Virus record (IMG/VR): IMGVR_UViG_3300027828_000060
Location: 1 to 38,254 of that record
DNA: 38,254 bases
DNA from: a virus
Lineage: Duplodnaviria; Caudoviricetes
Strand: one strand, 5' to 3'
In this document: one piece after another, positions 1 through 8,784 of the stretch
Position numbering within the stretch: the stretch's first letter is position 1
Layout of the letters: each line of letters opens with the position of its first letter
Notes under the pieces: generated by a model
Told to the model about the DNA's origin: nothing
Database searches by the model: none
The model's input: the letters and a program-made list of their open reading frames with translations, nothing else
Translations under genes and position numbers: made by a program

Positions 1-1110
1 AACACCAAATGCATCACCCATGGCATAATCCGGATCAAAGTAACGCCACATCGAAACCAGATCATCGACAACAATTTGATCATCAACTCCGGCGTGCCAG
101 GTTTTACAATAAATTGGTACGACATGGTTACCAAGCATTTCACCGACCACTAACGCAGGTTTCGACGCTGTTTCACTTTCACCATGGCCACTAGCATCCC
201 AACCGAAACTGATTAATCCTTTTTTCTTATACTGTTGCCCTGGCATAGGTTCTTCAATTTGGATTCTTGCCTTAATAGCGGTTTGAATCGCCAACCTTAA
301 ATACTTTTCCCAAATCAAGTTTTTTGCCGAAACATTTTTACACAGCAACTGGCGAATATATTCATCGTGAGGTAACTGATCGCGCATATCTAATATGTAC
401 TGCTCATTCAATATGCCCATTTCCATGCCCAGATAACAATCGACCACGGGTAACTGGTGATACTTTCCACTCGCCACCATGCCTGCTAAAGTATCGGCAC
501 CTTTGAAAACACCGGTTATGCGAATTTGCGGATCGTTTTTGGACTCTTTACTGGCACCCAAGCGGCGAGTGGATCCCATCATTAACAAAAATCGAGAATA
601 CAAACGATCGGATGGCATATCATCGACCTCTTCAAGACTGGCCCAAGTCAAATCGCCACCGTCCACCTGACTCATAATGCCATAACTTCTGGCCAAGCTT
701 TTATTGGCAAATTGGTAATAGGTATCGCTTAATTGTTTGCGTCCGCTTTTATAGTTAATATAATTTTCCAGCATCGGGCTGCGCCGAATCGCATCGGTAT
801 GATATCCCAGGTTAACCTGGGCCTGCGCTTCTCTCGGTGCAACCACACCCCCTTCTTGATCAGTATTTGTCGCATTAAACTCGAGTAGGTACAGTTCTTT
901 CACCGCAGTTTTACCGGTTCGGCGACTGGAAAAATCAAGCGAGTTGCCATGCTCGTCCATTTCAATCATTTTTAAAACCTGCATGGGATCAAGTTCCACA
1001 TTGTGAACATGTTTATGCCACAACAAATGATCCCCGGCGAATTCCATCACCGCTTTTTCGGCCACATTATTAATTTCAATGCGTTGTTTTGCTGTTAAGC
1101 GTTCAGACAT
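1..1110 (-). CDS. terL: Terminase large subunit, N-terminal 370 aa (runs off the left edge; absent from the ORF track)
   Basis: ATG at 1110 opens MSERLTAKQRIEINNVAEK..., open to position 1. Walker A FSSRRTGKT, motif VVAPREAQA, Walker B-like ASLEEVDD, and start of an RNase H-like nuclease ISFGWDASG. Confidence 0.9.
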   Translation of the reverse strand, partial: MSERLTAKQRIEINNVAEKAVMEFAGDHLLWHKHVHNVELDPMQVLKMIEMDEHGNSLDFSSRRTGKTAVKELYLLEFNATNTDQEGGVVAPREAQAQVNLGYHTDAIRRSPMLENYINYKSGRKQLSDTYYQFANKSLARSYGIMSQVDGGDLTWASLEEVDDMPSDRLYSRFLLMMGSTRRLGASKESKNDPQIRITGVFKGADTLAGMVASGKYHQLPVVDCYLGMEMGILNEQYILDMRDQLPHDEYIRQLLCKNVSAKNLIWEKYLRLAIQTAIKARIQIEEPMPGQQYKKKGLISFGWDASGHGESETASKPALVVGEMLGNHVVPIYCKTWHAGVDDQIVVDDLVSMWRYFDPDYAMGDAFGV

Positions 1111-1435
1111 TCAACACCTTGATTTTAAATGGCTGGCATACCAGGCCTTCGGCATTATCGGCATCATCATATAAAATAATATTCGCCTGGTATTTTCCCT
1201 CTACTAATAAAGCATTCGCTAAATCGATTTTGACAACCCAATTAGCATCCGGTAATTCGATGTAAGGACTAGGATCATCTGAATAAAAAACTAACTTGGT
1301 CGCCCCTCTTGAAATCGCGATCCCGACACGCGTAATGGTTGTGGCATTTTCAGTGGGTACTTGACCATTCAGCAAAATCTCTCGCTCAATTGTGTTGGCT
1401 TTACCAGGGTAAACTAACTCCTCGTTTTTTCGCAT
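1103..1435 (-). CDS. Small beta-rich putative virion adaptor protein
   Basis: 110 aa with GGAGG RBS. Last gene of the fibre-like module; overlaps the terL start. Confidence 0.55.
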   Translation of the reverse strand: MRKNEELVYPGKANTIEREILLNGQVPTENATTITRVGIAISRGATKLVFYSDDPSPYIELPDANWVVKIDLANALLVEGKYQANIILYDDADNAEGLVCQPFKIKVLNV

Positions 1436-1446
1436 CCCCAGGCCTC

Positions 1447-3321
1447 CTATGAATAAGTTTTAGTGAGTGTTCGGTTATCCCAAACCGGTGAAACGCTGCG
1501 CGTAGCGAGCTCGGCATCAGCGGGCATATAACTTAAAACTGCACCATTAATTCCAGGCGTAAAAACAACGTCGTTTGAAGGTATTAATGCTGGCACTATT
1601 GCTGGCGCGTCTCCCCGGATAATGTTGGGTTGATATACTTGGGTGTTTGAAACAATTAAACCAGGTTCTATCGATGGTCCCGATGCACTGATGGTTGGTG
1701 TATAAACCGTTTCGACCGCCTCAATTAATGCAGGCGAAATCGCGGGCGCATCACCAGGTGAAATGGTTGGGTCAAAGATAACTGCAGCACTTACAATTAA
1801 AGGTGGAAATATTTCATTCGCGGCCTGCTGCGAAATTGTTGGTGAAAATACGATGGCTGACGAGGCGATCAGCGTTGGTGTGATAGTCGGCGCATCACCT
1901 GGTGAAACAGTCGGTTGAAAAATCTGCCCGGTAGCAGCAATTAGAGCTGGCTGAATTGCAGGCGCTTCACCAGCAGTAAGTGTTGGCGCGTATACCGACG
2001 ATACTGATTCTATTCTGGCGGGCGATATGGCCGGTGCGTCACCAGGTGAAACAGTCGGATTAAACACTTGCCCACTGGCGGCAATAAGCAATGGCGAAAT
2101 AGCTGGCGCATCACCTGCTGACACCGTTGGTGAAAAAACTTGTCCACCTGGCGCTATTAAAGGCGGGTCAATTGGTTGGTCTTCAGGACCACTGCCACTA
2201 TCTTCTGGCCAACTGACTACGCTGAACCGATAGGTACGATTACCTTCATCTCGAGAGCGATACAAATTGATGACTGTCGGTGACGACACCTGAATGCCAA
2301 TACGGTTTAAATGCACATCATTAGTTTTGTCCGTGTGGGCACACTCACCATAGATGGAAATCGTTGACACGTCCGCTTCAGCAGAAGAGTGAGTTTCAGT
2401 CCAGCTATCGGGATCGGTTCCTCCGCCAGCATTATCTGCACGAGTGCCTGTAATATGCTCAACAGACATATCAGGATTGCTAACAAGCCACACCACCACG
2501 GCCTGGCCAGTGTTAATTTCATTCGATAAAAAGCTAAGTTCTGTCGCACTCGAAAACCAGACTTCAAACCCGGAATAGTCCGGACCACCATTATTTTGTG
2601 AGTAACGAGATTGCGCGTGAAAATAAGCATTAGTAATAGCACCAACGCTCGAAACGGATTCGGTTTCAGTTGTAGCAGCAGCCGCAAAAATGTGCTCTAT
2701 TCGTTGAACGGTCCAGTTAGAGCCAGTGTATTCACGTACCGAAATACTGACGTCACCATTTCGCGTTGTATTATCCTGTGTTCCTCTGGCAATATTCGAC
2801 GCACTAACAAATTCCCAGGTTAAACGGCCAGCGCCAGACTCTGAACGGCCAGAGTTATCTGCAGCTTTGTGTCCTGTTGTTAATACAACAATTTTCGATG
2901 CATCAGCAACGCCACTGATTACTGAGCTGTCAATGGTCGTGGTGCCAGTGTGCGTAATCGATTCAACGTGGCGAAAAATTATTTCGTTCGGCCCGGCAGC
3001 GGCGCCGATATACTCGGTAATTTCAAAGAATATTCTGAGTGGGCCATTGCTGGTTGAGTTACGGGAAAAAGTAATACTGGTCAGCAGGTTTCCGGGATTG
3101 TCTATAACAACATTATTTCGTCCAGGTGTTCCCGCAAAATCATTATCCTCGACACCGGATGAGGTATGTTCGATACCGGTAATCTTAATATCCGCTTTAT
3201 CAAGACCTGCTGGCGCCAGATATTCATCCGGTGAAGTAACGGTACCGACAGCGTTAATCGTAGCGGAGATGCCACCAAACGGAATATCAACATAGCCGTG
3301 TTGAATTCGGAAATCGGCCAT
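1447..3321 (-). CDS. Putative virion fibre/appendage protein with C-terminal Pro-rich 24-aa repeats
   Basis: 624 aa. Ser/Thr/Gly-rich beta-type N-terminal region followed by nine repeats of consensus PAIxPxLIxxxxxVFxPTxSxGDA. Confidence 0.65.
   Translation of the reverse strand: MADFRIQHGYVDIPFGGISATINAVGTVTSPDEYLAPAGLDKADIKITGIEHTSSGVEDNDFAGTPGRNNVVIDNPGNLLTSITFSRNSTSNGPLRIFFEITEYIGAAAGPNEIIFRHVESITHTGTTTIDSSVISGVADASKIVVLTTGHKAADNSGRSESGAGRLTWEFVSASNIARGTQDNTTRNGDVSISVREYTGSNWTVQRIEHIFAAAATTETESVSSVGAITNAYFHAQSRYSQNNGGPDYSGFEVWFSSATELSFLSNEINTGQAVVVWLVSNPDMSVEHITGTRADNAGGGTDPDSWTETHSSAEADVSTISIYGECAHTDKTNDVHLNRIGIQVSSPTVINLYRSRDEGNRTYRFSVVSWPEDSGSGPEDQPIDPPLIAPGGQVFSPTVSAGDAPAISPLLIAASGQVFNPTVSPGDAPAISPARIESVSSVYAPTLTAGEAPAIQPALIAATGQIFQPTVSPGDAPTITPTLIASSAIVFSPTISQQAANEIFPPLIVSAAVIFDPTISPGDAPAISPALIEAVETVYTPTISASGPSIEPGLIVSNTQVYQPNIIRGDAPAIVPALIPSNDVVFTPGINGAVLSYMPADAELATRSVSPVWDNRTLTKTYS
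1540..2178 (-). repeat. Nine degenerate tandem repeats of about 72 bp (24 aa), coding
   Basis: Units include PAISPLLIAASGQVFNPTVSPGDA and PAIQPALIAATGQIFQPTVSPGDA. The DNA motif GCATCACCTGGTGAAA recurs with variants. Confidence 0.9.
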
Positions 3322-3325
3322 GAGC

Positions 3326-3790
3326 CTACCTAAAAACGGTCACAGCTTGCGGATTGCTAACCTTTACTTCGGCAGTATTGGCAAACTCATAAATTCCAGT
3401 TGCTAGAAAGTTAATGTCACTGCGAGTCGCTACGCCATCAACAAAGTCAAAACGGTACAGCTCACCAAAAGCGTTGAACATTCGCTCTCCGGAAAACGTT
3501 GGAAAGTCATCTAACGTAATTGAAATTGTGACATTTTCGTTAACGCTGTAAGCCGTTTTATTCAGCGTCAGCGATATGACAACCCGAGGATCAGCAGGAA
3601 TTTCAATCACGCCGTCATTATAGACAGGTAAATCGGCGCGTTTGTCCGCTCGCATTTGCTGCGCTTTAGTCAGATAGTCCTGGTAGAGTACTTCAGTTAC
3701 CGCAACCGCATCACCAGGAACCTCAGTACCATCTGGCGCGATTCGGCTACCACGGATCGAGTTGTCTGGATTAAGGCTTAAAATATACAC
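3326..3790 (-). CDS. Hypothetical structural protein with Ig-like C-terminus
   Basis: Probable GTG start at 3790 just after the upstream stop (track maximum 3832). The segment ISLTLNKTAYSVNENVTISITL resembles Ig-like beta strands. Confidence 0.55.
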   Translation of the reverse strand: MYILSLNPDNSIRGSRIAPDGTEVPGDAVAVTEVLYQDYLTKAQQMRADKRADLPVYNDGVIEIPADPRVVISLTLNKTAYSVNENVTISITLDDFPTFSGERMFNAFGELYRFDFVDGVATRSDINFLATGIYEFANTAEVKVSNPQAVTVFR

Positions 3791-3801
3791 AGTTAGTTGC
3801 C

Positions 3802-4206
3802 CTAAATCTGAAAGATGCCCGAAGCATTCCAATTAATTGGAATGTTGCCGCCGTTCGGTGTGATAGGTAATCCAGGTGCCGTGTCGATAAATCCAACCAA
3901 TCGACTTGTCCCTTCAACGCCGGTATCAACATAAAGCACTACGGCTTCAGCTTCGTCACCACTAACAGTGTTAAAAACAACATCGTCGCCATCAAAAACG
4001 CCATCAGCAACTACACCAATATTCGGGTTTGCTAAACCAACTTGTGCCACACGAGCCGCAGCTGGCAGGTCAGTTAAAAACTCGTGTGCCGCGTTGTAGG
4101 TATAATCTGCCAAGTCAACCAAAACACACTGAATGGTAACCGCGTCCATATCAACATCACCATTTAAAAGCGCATTTTTAAATTTTGGATAAACCAAATT
4201 AGCCAT
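3802..4206 (-). CDS. Conserved phage structural (fibre-associated) protein
   Basis: 134 aa, MANLVYPKFKNALL...DGVFDGDDV...LYVDTG...GLPITPNGGNI, a pattern I recognise from phage fibre/minor-tail modules. Strong GAGGAG RBS. Confidence 0.65.
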   Translation of the reverse strand: MANLVYPKFKNALLNGDVDMDAVTIQCVLVDLADYTYNAAHEFLTDLPAAARVAQVGLANPNIGVVADGVFDGDDVVFNTVSGDEAEAVVLYVDTGVEGTSRLVGFIDTAPGLPITPNGGNIPINWNASGIFQI

Positions 4207-4232
4207 AGTTTTACTCCTCGAAGTCTAAAAAT

Positions 4233-4622
4233 TTAATTCACAGTAATGCGAAACTGGATAATCGTCTTGGGGATTTTTAATGGTTCACCTTCTACCGTTA
4301 TTGTTTCAAAAGCGCTAGGTTCAGAAAGGACACCTAACGCCTGCGCTTGAATTTGACAGGTGTATTCACCAGTCACTAAAACAGTCGTGTAGCTCGAAAC
4401 ATTAGCACCCAAAAACGCAAGCCGCTCATCATTGCAAAAAATATGAAACGCCTCCATTTCACCATCTAAAATTGGTGTGTTATCGGTGTACTCGGTTGGC
4501 GCAATCCATTCAAATGTTACTTCCTGATCTGCAGAAGCGACACCAATCCAACAAGCTGAAAAAAGCAGACAAATAAAAGTAAATAATCTAACAATGCGTT
4601 TCATCATGATCCTCCCGGTCAA
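4233..4622 (-). CDS. Secreted fibronectin type III-like protein
   Basis: Signal peptide MKRIVRLFTFICLLFSACWIGVASA-DQ, followed by VTFEWIAPTEYTDNTP...GEYTCQIQA...SEPS, an FN3-like pattern. Confidence 0.6.
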   Translation of the reverse strand: MTGRIMMKRIVRLFTFICLLFSACWIGVASADQEVTFEWIAPTEYTDNTPILDGEMEAFHIFCNDERLAFLGANVSSYTTVLVTGEYTCQIQAQALGVLSEPSAFETITVEGEPLKIPKTIIQFRITVN

Positions 4623-4855
4623 TCACTGGATTCATTGTGCTTATTGACCAACTTGATTACCTGGTTGGTGTAAGCGTTCAAAATGGTTTCTCGTTCGACA
4701 AGGCTTAAATAAGCCGAATCACTCAGACAGCTCAATGCCTGATTACTGACTACCGGTACATTCGGCTTGTTGGGTAATCGCAGTGGCGCGTGATAACTTT
4801 CAGTCGCGCAGCTGGCTATCAAAAAAATCCCGGCGACCGCGCAAATTTTCTGCAT
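4619..4855 (-). CDS. Outer-membrane lipoprotein spanin (Rz1-like)
   Basis: MQKICAVAGIFLIAS-C lipobox and Pro-rich periplasmic segment. Its start overlaps the 3' end of the upstream i-spanin-like gene. Confidence 0.7.
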   Translation of the reverse strand: MQKICAVAGIFLIASCATESYHAPLRLPNKPNVPVVSNQALSCLSDSAYLSLVERETILNAYTNQVIKLVNKHNESSD

Positions 4856-5072
4856 CAGCTTTTTGCACCACATCACGGATTTCATCATTTTTTTCCTGTT
4901 CAGTTTTAATGGTAAAGTCAGCCATTTCCTCTATCGCATTGGCCTTGGCATCACTCTTTTCAGCTCGCCGCTCAGCGGCTTTCTTGCCCGTCCACAAATA
5001 ACGAACCAGAAATGCCAATACCGCAATAACGCCTGCAACAATCAATTTGAGTTTTGCTTTAAATTTTTCCAT
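4800..5072 (-). CDS. Inner-membrane spanin (Rz-like)
   Basis: N-terminal TM LIVAGVIAVLAFLVRYLW followed by a charged coiled-coil; overlapped by the lipoprotein gene. Confidence 0.7.
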   Translation of the reverse strand: MEKFKAKLKLIVAGVIAVLAFLVRYLWTGKKAAERRAEKSDAKANAIEEMADFTIKTEQEKNDEIRDVVQKADAENLRGRRDFFDSQLRD

Positions 5073-5266
5073 CGTATTGCACCACTGGTGATAAAACGTA
5101 AACCGCCAACAATTGACGCGATGATGACAAAAGCCAATCCGTAGTATTCGGCGAGTAATGCTTTAACCTCTGGCAAGTTTTCAAGAATTGGTTCCACAAA
5201 CGCCAGAAGAATCGCAAACTTAATCGTTTTTGATTGATGTGGCTGTTTGTCTCCGGGGTTACTCAT
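5042..5266 (-). CDS. Putative holin
   Basis: 74 aa from MSNPG (GGAGG RBS), two hydrophobic segments and a basic C-terminus, directly upstream of the spanins. Confidence 0.6.
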   Translation of the reverse strand: MSNPGDKQPHQSKTIKFAILLAFVEPILENLPEVKALLAEYYGLAFVIIASIVGGLRFITSGAIRWKNLKQNSN

Positions 5267-6218
5267 CGGATTCCTCCATATTCTCAAACTCTACCAACAC
5301 CGGATCCTTTTTAATCCGGTCCTGACTACGTGAAATAAGCTCTCGCATATTCTCTAGCGCTTCAGTTTGTTTCTCCTGGAACTGGGTCATTTGTTCTTTG
5401 CTCTGGCTGTCAGCATCAAGATTTCCAGCCGCAATACCCTGGTCCATTTGCACTTTTGGTGTCATGTTGAGATCTGCCAGGCTGAGACTGTTTTTGCTTA
5501 TCAATTCAAAAAGTGGTTTTAACAATGGATGCGCTTTAATTTCTTCAATTAACACCTTTTTTCCAGTCTCTTCATCGGTATATTTCGCCAATCGAAAATC
5601 ACCATCCTTTGAAAAGCTATAAGCAGGATTTTTTAAGGTGACACCATCAGAAACGATCGAAACCAGCATGTCCTCGAACAGTGCCGACAAGCCAGCCTGG
5701 TTTGCCGCATGAATATCTTTGAGTAAGTCCGGATTGTCAGATTGCATGGCCACAAAGTGCTTCATAAATAATTCGGTACGCTTTAGGCAAGCTGGTTGCT
5801 TGCTGCAATAGTCATGGTCGACCGAACAAGTTTTACAATGTGGGTATTTACCGGGTCTGGCAGGAAATAGAATGGCCGTTTTAGCACTCGCGCCATGTTG
5901 GAGCGCATTAAACCGGGTAATCTTGGCTTCGTCTGGTGTTGGATGGCCTGATAAATTTGCGGCGGACTTTGCTTTACCTTCTGGCGTTTTGGGACCAGTC
6001 GCACATGCGTTTGCGCACAACATCCCAACTTGCCAGGCAACCTGCTCTACTTCATCCCGGCAATTTTCACAATGTGCAAAATATCGAAAGGGATGCGCGC
6101 GGTTAGGCTCCTCCTCACATCGAGTTGGAACGGCATTAAAGGTGAGCACACAACTTTTGCAGCGAAAAACCAGTTCGCTCGAATCAATTGGCTCTAAAAA
6201 CTTTGCGGAATTTTTCAT
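5259..6218 (-). CDS. Terminase small subunit-like protein with Cys-rich (Zn) motifs
   Basis: 319 aa with CxxC pairs, TGPKTPEGKAKSAANL, RFNALQHG and HPLLKPL. First gene of the late operon leading to terL. Confidence 0.55.
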   Translation of the reverse strand: MKNSAKFLEPIDSSELVFRCKSCVLTFNAVPTRCEEEPNRAHPFRYFAHCENCRDEVEQVAWQVGMLCANACATGPKTPEGKAKSAANLSGHPTPDEAKITRFNALQHGASAKTAILFPARPGKYPHCKTCSVDHDYCSKQPACLKRTELFMKHFVAMQSDNPDLLKDIHAANQAGLSALFEDMLVSIVSDGVTLKNPAYSFSKDGDFRLAKYTDEETGKKVLIEEIKAHPLLKPLFELISKNSLSLADLNMTPKVQMDQGIAAGNLDADSQSKEQMTQFQEKQTEALENMRELISRSQDRIKKDPVLVEFENMEESDE

Positions 6219-6273
6219 CCCGCCATGATCTTTTAATTTTCAATGACAAATATAGGGGCAGGTGTGTCAATAA

Positions 6274-6762
6274 CTAATTGTTCACTGGCCCTTTTACTCG
6301 CCACACGGTTCGCTCAGAAACCTTAAAGCCAATCGCATTAAGTTCCTTAACTATATCGGCTACGGAAAGACCAAGTGAAAGCTTGTTTTTGATAAACTGG
6401 TTTCTTAAATGTTTTTTGTATTTATCAAAGCTCGGAAACGCCACGCGGAAACGGCCTGTATTTTTGGCATCGTGAACGCAATCCAGGAAGTGCCACATTA
6501 ATAAAAAATTGTCGGCGCCGATTTTTTCAGCAATCTGAATTAATTCATCCCTTAGGCCAATTTCTCTGAGCTCCGAAAAAATAATGCCCGCGGATTTTTT
6601 TTCCGCGCGTAAAATTTCGGAATATATGCAGTTATCTGGGTACCCTCCCCCCCTTGGAAACCTGTCCGATCTTCTTTGCCGAGCCCCCACCTTATGACCA
6701 GGCGTGAGATCACCAGTATAAATTGAATTTGAATTACGCTTTTTATCTGTCCGAGCATTCAT
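6274..6762 (-). CDS. Mor/C-like late transcription activator
   Basis: LIQIAEKIGADNFL...VAFPSF...LRNQFI...GLSVADIVKEL...VSERTVWRV matches the Mu Mor/C dimerisation plus C-terminal HTH pattern. Lies just upstream of the late operon. Confidence 0.65.
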   Translation of the reverse strand: MNARTDKKRNSNSIYTGDLTPGHKVGARQRRSDRFPRGGGYPDNCIYSEILRAEKKSAGIIFSELREIGLRDELIQIAEKIGADNFLLMWHFLDCVHDAKNTGRFRVAFPSFDKYKKHLRNQFIKNKLSLGLSVADIVKELNAIGFKVSERTVWRVKGPVNN

Positions 6763-7008
6763 AACTAATTGATTCTCCTATCCCCTAAGATAATTGAATT
6801 ACATCTTTTGTATATAACGTGCCCTTAAAGTAAATGCGGTAACAAATGCTTTTGGCCGTTTTAAATGAAAGTTTCCACACATCCACGAGCCCCTTAAAAG
6901 CTCAGCTAAACACATGGTCTAAGTACCGGGTATAGCGGTTCTAATGCTTAACTTGAATCCATAAGGGCCTCTTGCGCTGTGCTATTAAAATATTGTGATG
7001 TTATATAT

Positions 7009-8025
7009 TTAGAGTAATCCTTTTTCCCTGAACTCTTTGACGAGCGGGGAAACTGGCGTATTCGTTTTACCTAGTGGATTAGACTTATCCATTAAGGTCG
7101 TCAGCTTTCTTAACGCTAACCTGGTGTATATCTTTGTGGTCTCTTCTTTGGTGTGGCCTAGTATCGTCATGATTTCTAGTGTCGATGCACTATCCTCAGC
7201 TAACTCTGAACCAACCAAGTGACGCAATGCGTGGGGGTGCGCCTGGTCTTCTGGAATACCTGCGAGCTCAGCATACTCCTTAATCATTTTCCGGATCCCT
7301 CCAGGAGTCAGCCGGCGAGATTCACCACGATGCTCAAAGCTGGGCGTGTGGTTGTTTTTTAAGTTGATAAATAAAACCTGATCACCACTAGCCAAACACC
7401 TATCACATGACTGCAATTCATCATGGCCCAGGTACGCACGTACAAGAATGGCTGACTCAGCGGGCAAAGGAATCATCCGTTCCTTGCCACCTTTCTCTCT
7501 CAGTCTCACAGCAAGGCGCTCGACACCATCATAGTCAAAAGGAATCAAATCATTTTGGTTTAAGTTCGTAACGCCGTTAATCCTGGCACCGGTTCCTATT
7601 AAAACGGAAATAATGGCGGCGTCTCGCAGCCCTTTGAAAGTTGATATATCAGGCTGCATTAAAAGTTTTTCTGAGTTCTTTAACCCCATAACAATGGGAA
7701 CCTTTGATAGTTTTTTTGGATAAACTATTTTTTCAGATTCATTAGTTTGAACATGATCATTTTCATGCAACCAGGAATAGAAACCTTTTACGGCCGCAAC
7801 AGCTGCCCTCCTGGAGGAAGGAGATGCACCAGCCTCATGCAAGTGAAGGCCAGTAAACTCGATCAGCTCTTCTTTAACAGCAAGCAATAAGCTTTTAGAC
7901 TTGAGAAATTCAGAAAGACGTTCGACATAGTTACGATATTTATCACACGTCGACTTCGCGCAGGCTTCGCTGGCCAGCTTGTAGTCCAACCAACTATCCA
8001 AAAAAACCTTGTCTTGTTTCTGCAA
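7009..8025 (-). CDS. XerC/D-like tyrosine recombinase
   Basis: SAM-like N-domain (STCDKYRNYV, SSRRAAVAAVKGFYSWL) and catalytic motifs GTGARING, REKGGKER, HPHALRH, ILGH, TKIYT. Probable TTG start at 8025 behind GGAGG (track maximum 8046). Confidence 0.92.
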   Translation of the reverse strand: MQKQDKVFLDSWLDYKLASEACAKSTCDKYRNYVERLSEFLKSKSLLLAVKEELIEFTGLHLHEAGASPSSRRAAVAAVKGFYSWLHENDHVQTNESEKIVYPKKLSKVPIVMGLKNSEKLLMQPDISTFKGLRDAAIISVLIGTGARINGVTNLNQNDLIPFDYDGVERLAVRLREKGGKERMIPLPAESAILVRAYLGHDELQSCDRCLASGDQVLFINLKNNHTPSFEHRGESRRLTPGGIRKMIKEYAELAGIPEDQAHPHALRHLVGSELAEDSASTLEIMTILGHTKEETTKIYTRLALRKLTTLMDKSNPLGKTNTPVSPLVKEFREKGLL

Positions 8026-8048
8026 AAAACCTCCCAGGGAAAACAACC

Positions 8049-8393
8049 CGTGGTTTCGTGGCTAGGATTTTATTTTATCATAAGCCTTTGAAATATATGT
8101 ATTTTACAAACCACAATTCGCCACGTTTTTTCGTGGTGGTACCATTTTTTCCGTGGACACATTTTGTTACATTCTTAAAATCCGTGGTTTCCGTTTTTGC
8201 CTCTATATTCTCTCTCTCTTTTATAAAACAACAAGATAGATAGATATAGAGAGAAAAAGGAAAAAATCAAAAAGTGGCAATAAAACCAAAACCGTGGCAA
8301 ATAAGTGCAATTCCGTGGCGAATACATACCGACCTGCGATAGCAATCCTCTAAAGAAACAAAGGCTTAACAAAATAAACGGCAAAATCCACGG
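8049..8393. repeat. Array of CGTGG/CCACG motifs around an AT-rich, CT/AG-rich imperfect palindrome; candidate replication origin
   Basis: CGTGG at 8049, 8057, 8132, 8152, 8183, 8293 and 8314; CCACG at 8121 and 8388. Central CTCTATAT (8201) and ATATAGAG (8244). Origin function is inference. Confidence 0.55.
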
Positions 8394-8541
8394 ATTTTTT
8401 CTGCTCCGTAGCTCGTAAATATTTTGCAAACTCGAATTGAATCGCTATCATGTCATTGCTTATCGTCTTTGGCGACAGCCGCTGCTCCTGTTACTTGTTA
8501 AGGGGTGCGGGGAAGGAAGTGAAAAAAACGGAGTTCGGTTT

Positions 8542-8784
8542 ATGTCAAAAATCATTAAGGCCTGCGCAAGCGCAGTTGTTTTACTAATTAGCAGTTGCGC
8601 CCCGAAGGATTCGGAGGTTTTAAACGCCTGTGAGAAGCTCCAGGAGACCGGTGATGCTGTTTACCTGGTGTCAGTAGGCCTTGATCAGGTCAAAGCACAG
8701 CAAGCCATAACGGCGCTCAATTCCGATAAACGAACGGGCTCTTACGTCTCCTCTTGCCTCCAGGTCGTGAAGAACTTGCTTTGA
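8542..8784 (+). CDS. Small lipoprotein (possible moron or superinfection-exclusion protein)
   Basis: GGAG RBS at 8530 and ATG at 8542. MSKIIKACASAVVLLISS-C lipobox, 80 aa, opposite strand to the lytic genes, adjacent to attP. Confidence 0.7.
   Translation: MSKIIKACASAVVLLISSCAPKDSEVLNACEKLQETGDAVYLVSVGLDQVKAQQAITALNSDKRTGSYVSSCLQVVKNLL

Noticed and set aside
9-670. Short plus-strand ORFs at the left edge
   Set aside because: They are antisense shadows of the terL frame.
6274-6762. Mu-like transposable phage, suggested by the Mor-like gene
   Set aside because: No DDE transposase or MuB ATPase in the window; integration is explained by Int and attP.
8049-8393. CRISPR-like array
   Set aside because: Repeats are 5-8 bp, irregularly spaced and in both orientations, and no cas genes are present.
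8058-8429. Track ORFs 8058-8243 (+) and 8175-8429 (-)
   Set aside because: Low-complexity translations over the repeat array with no convincing RBS.
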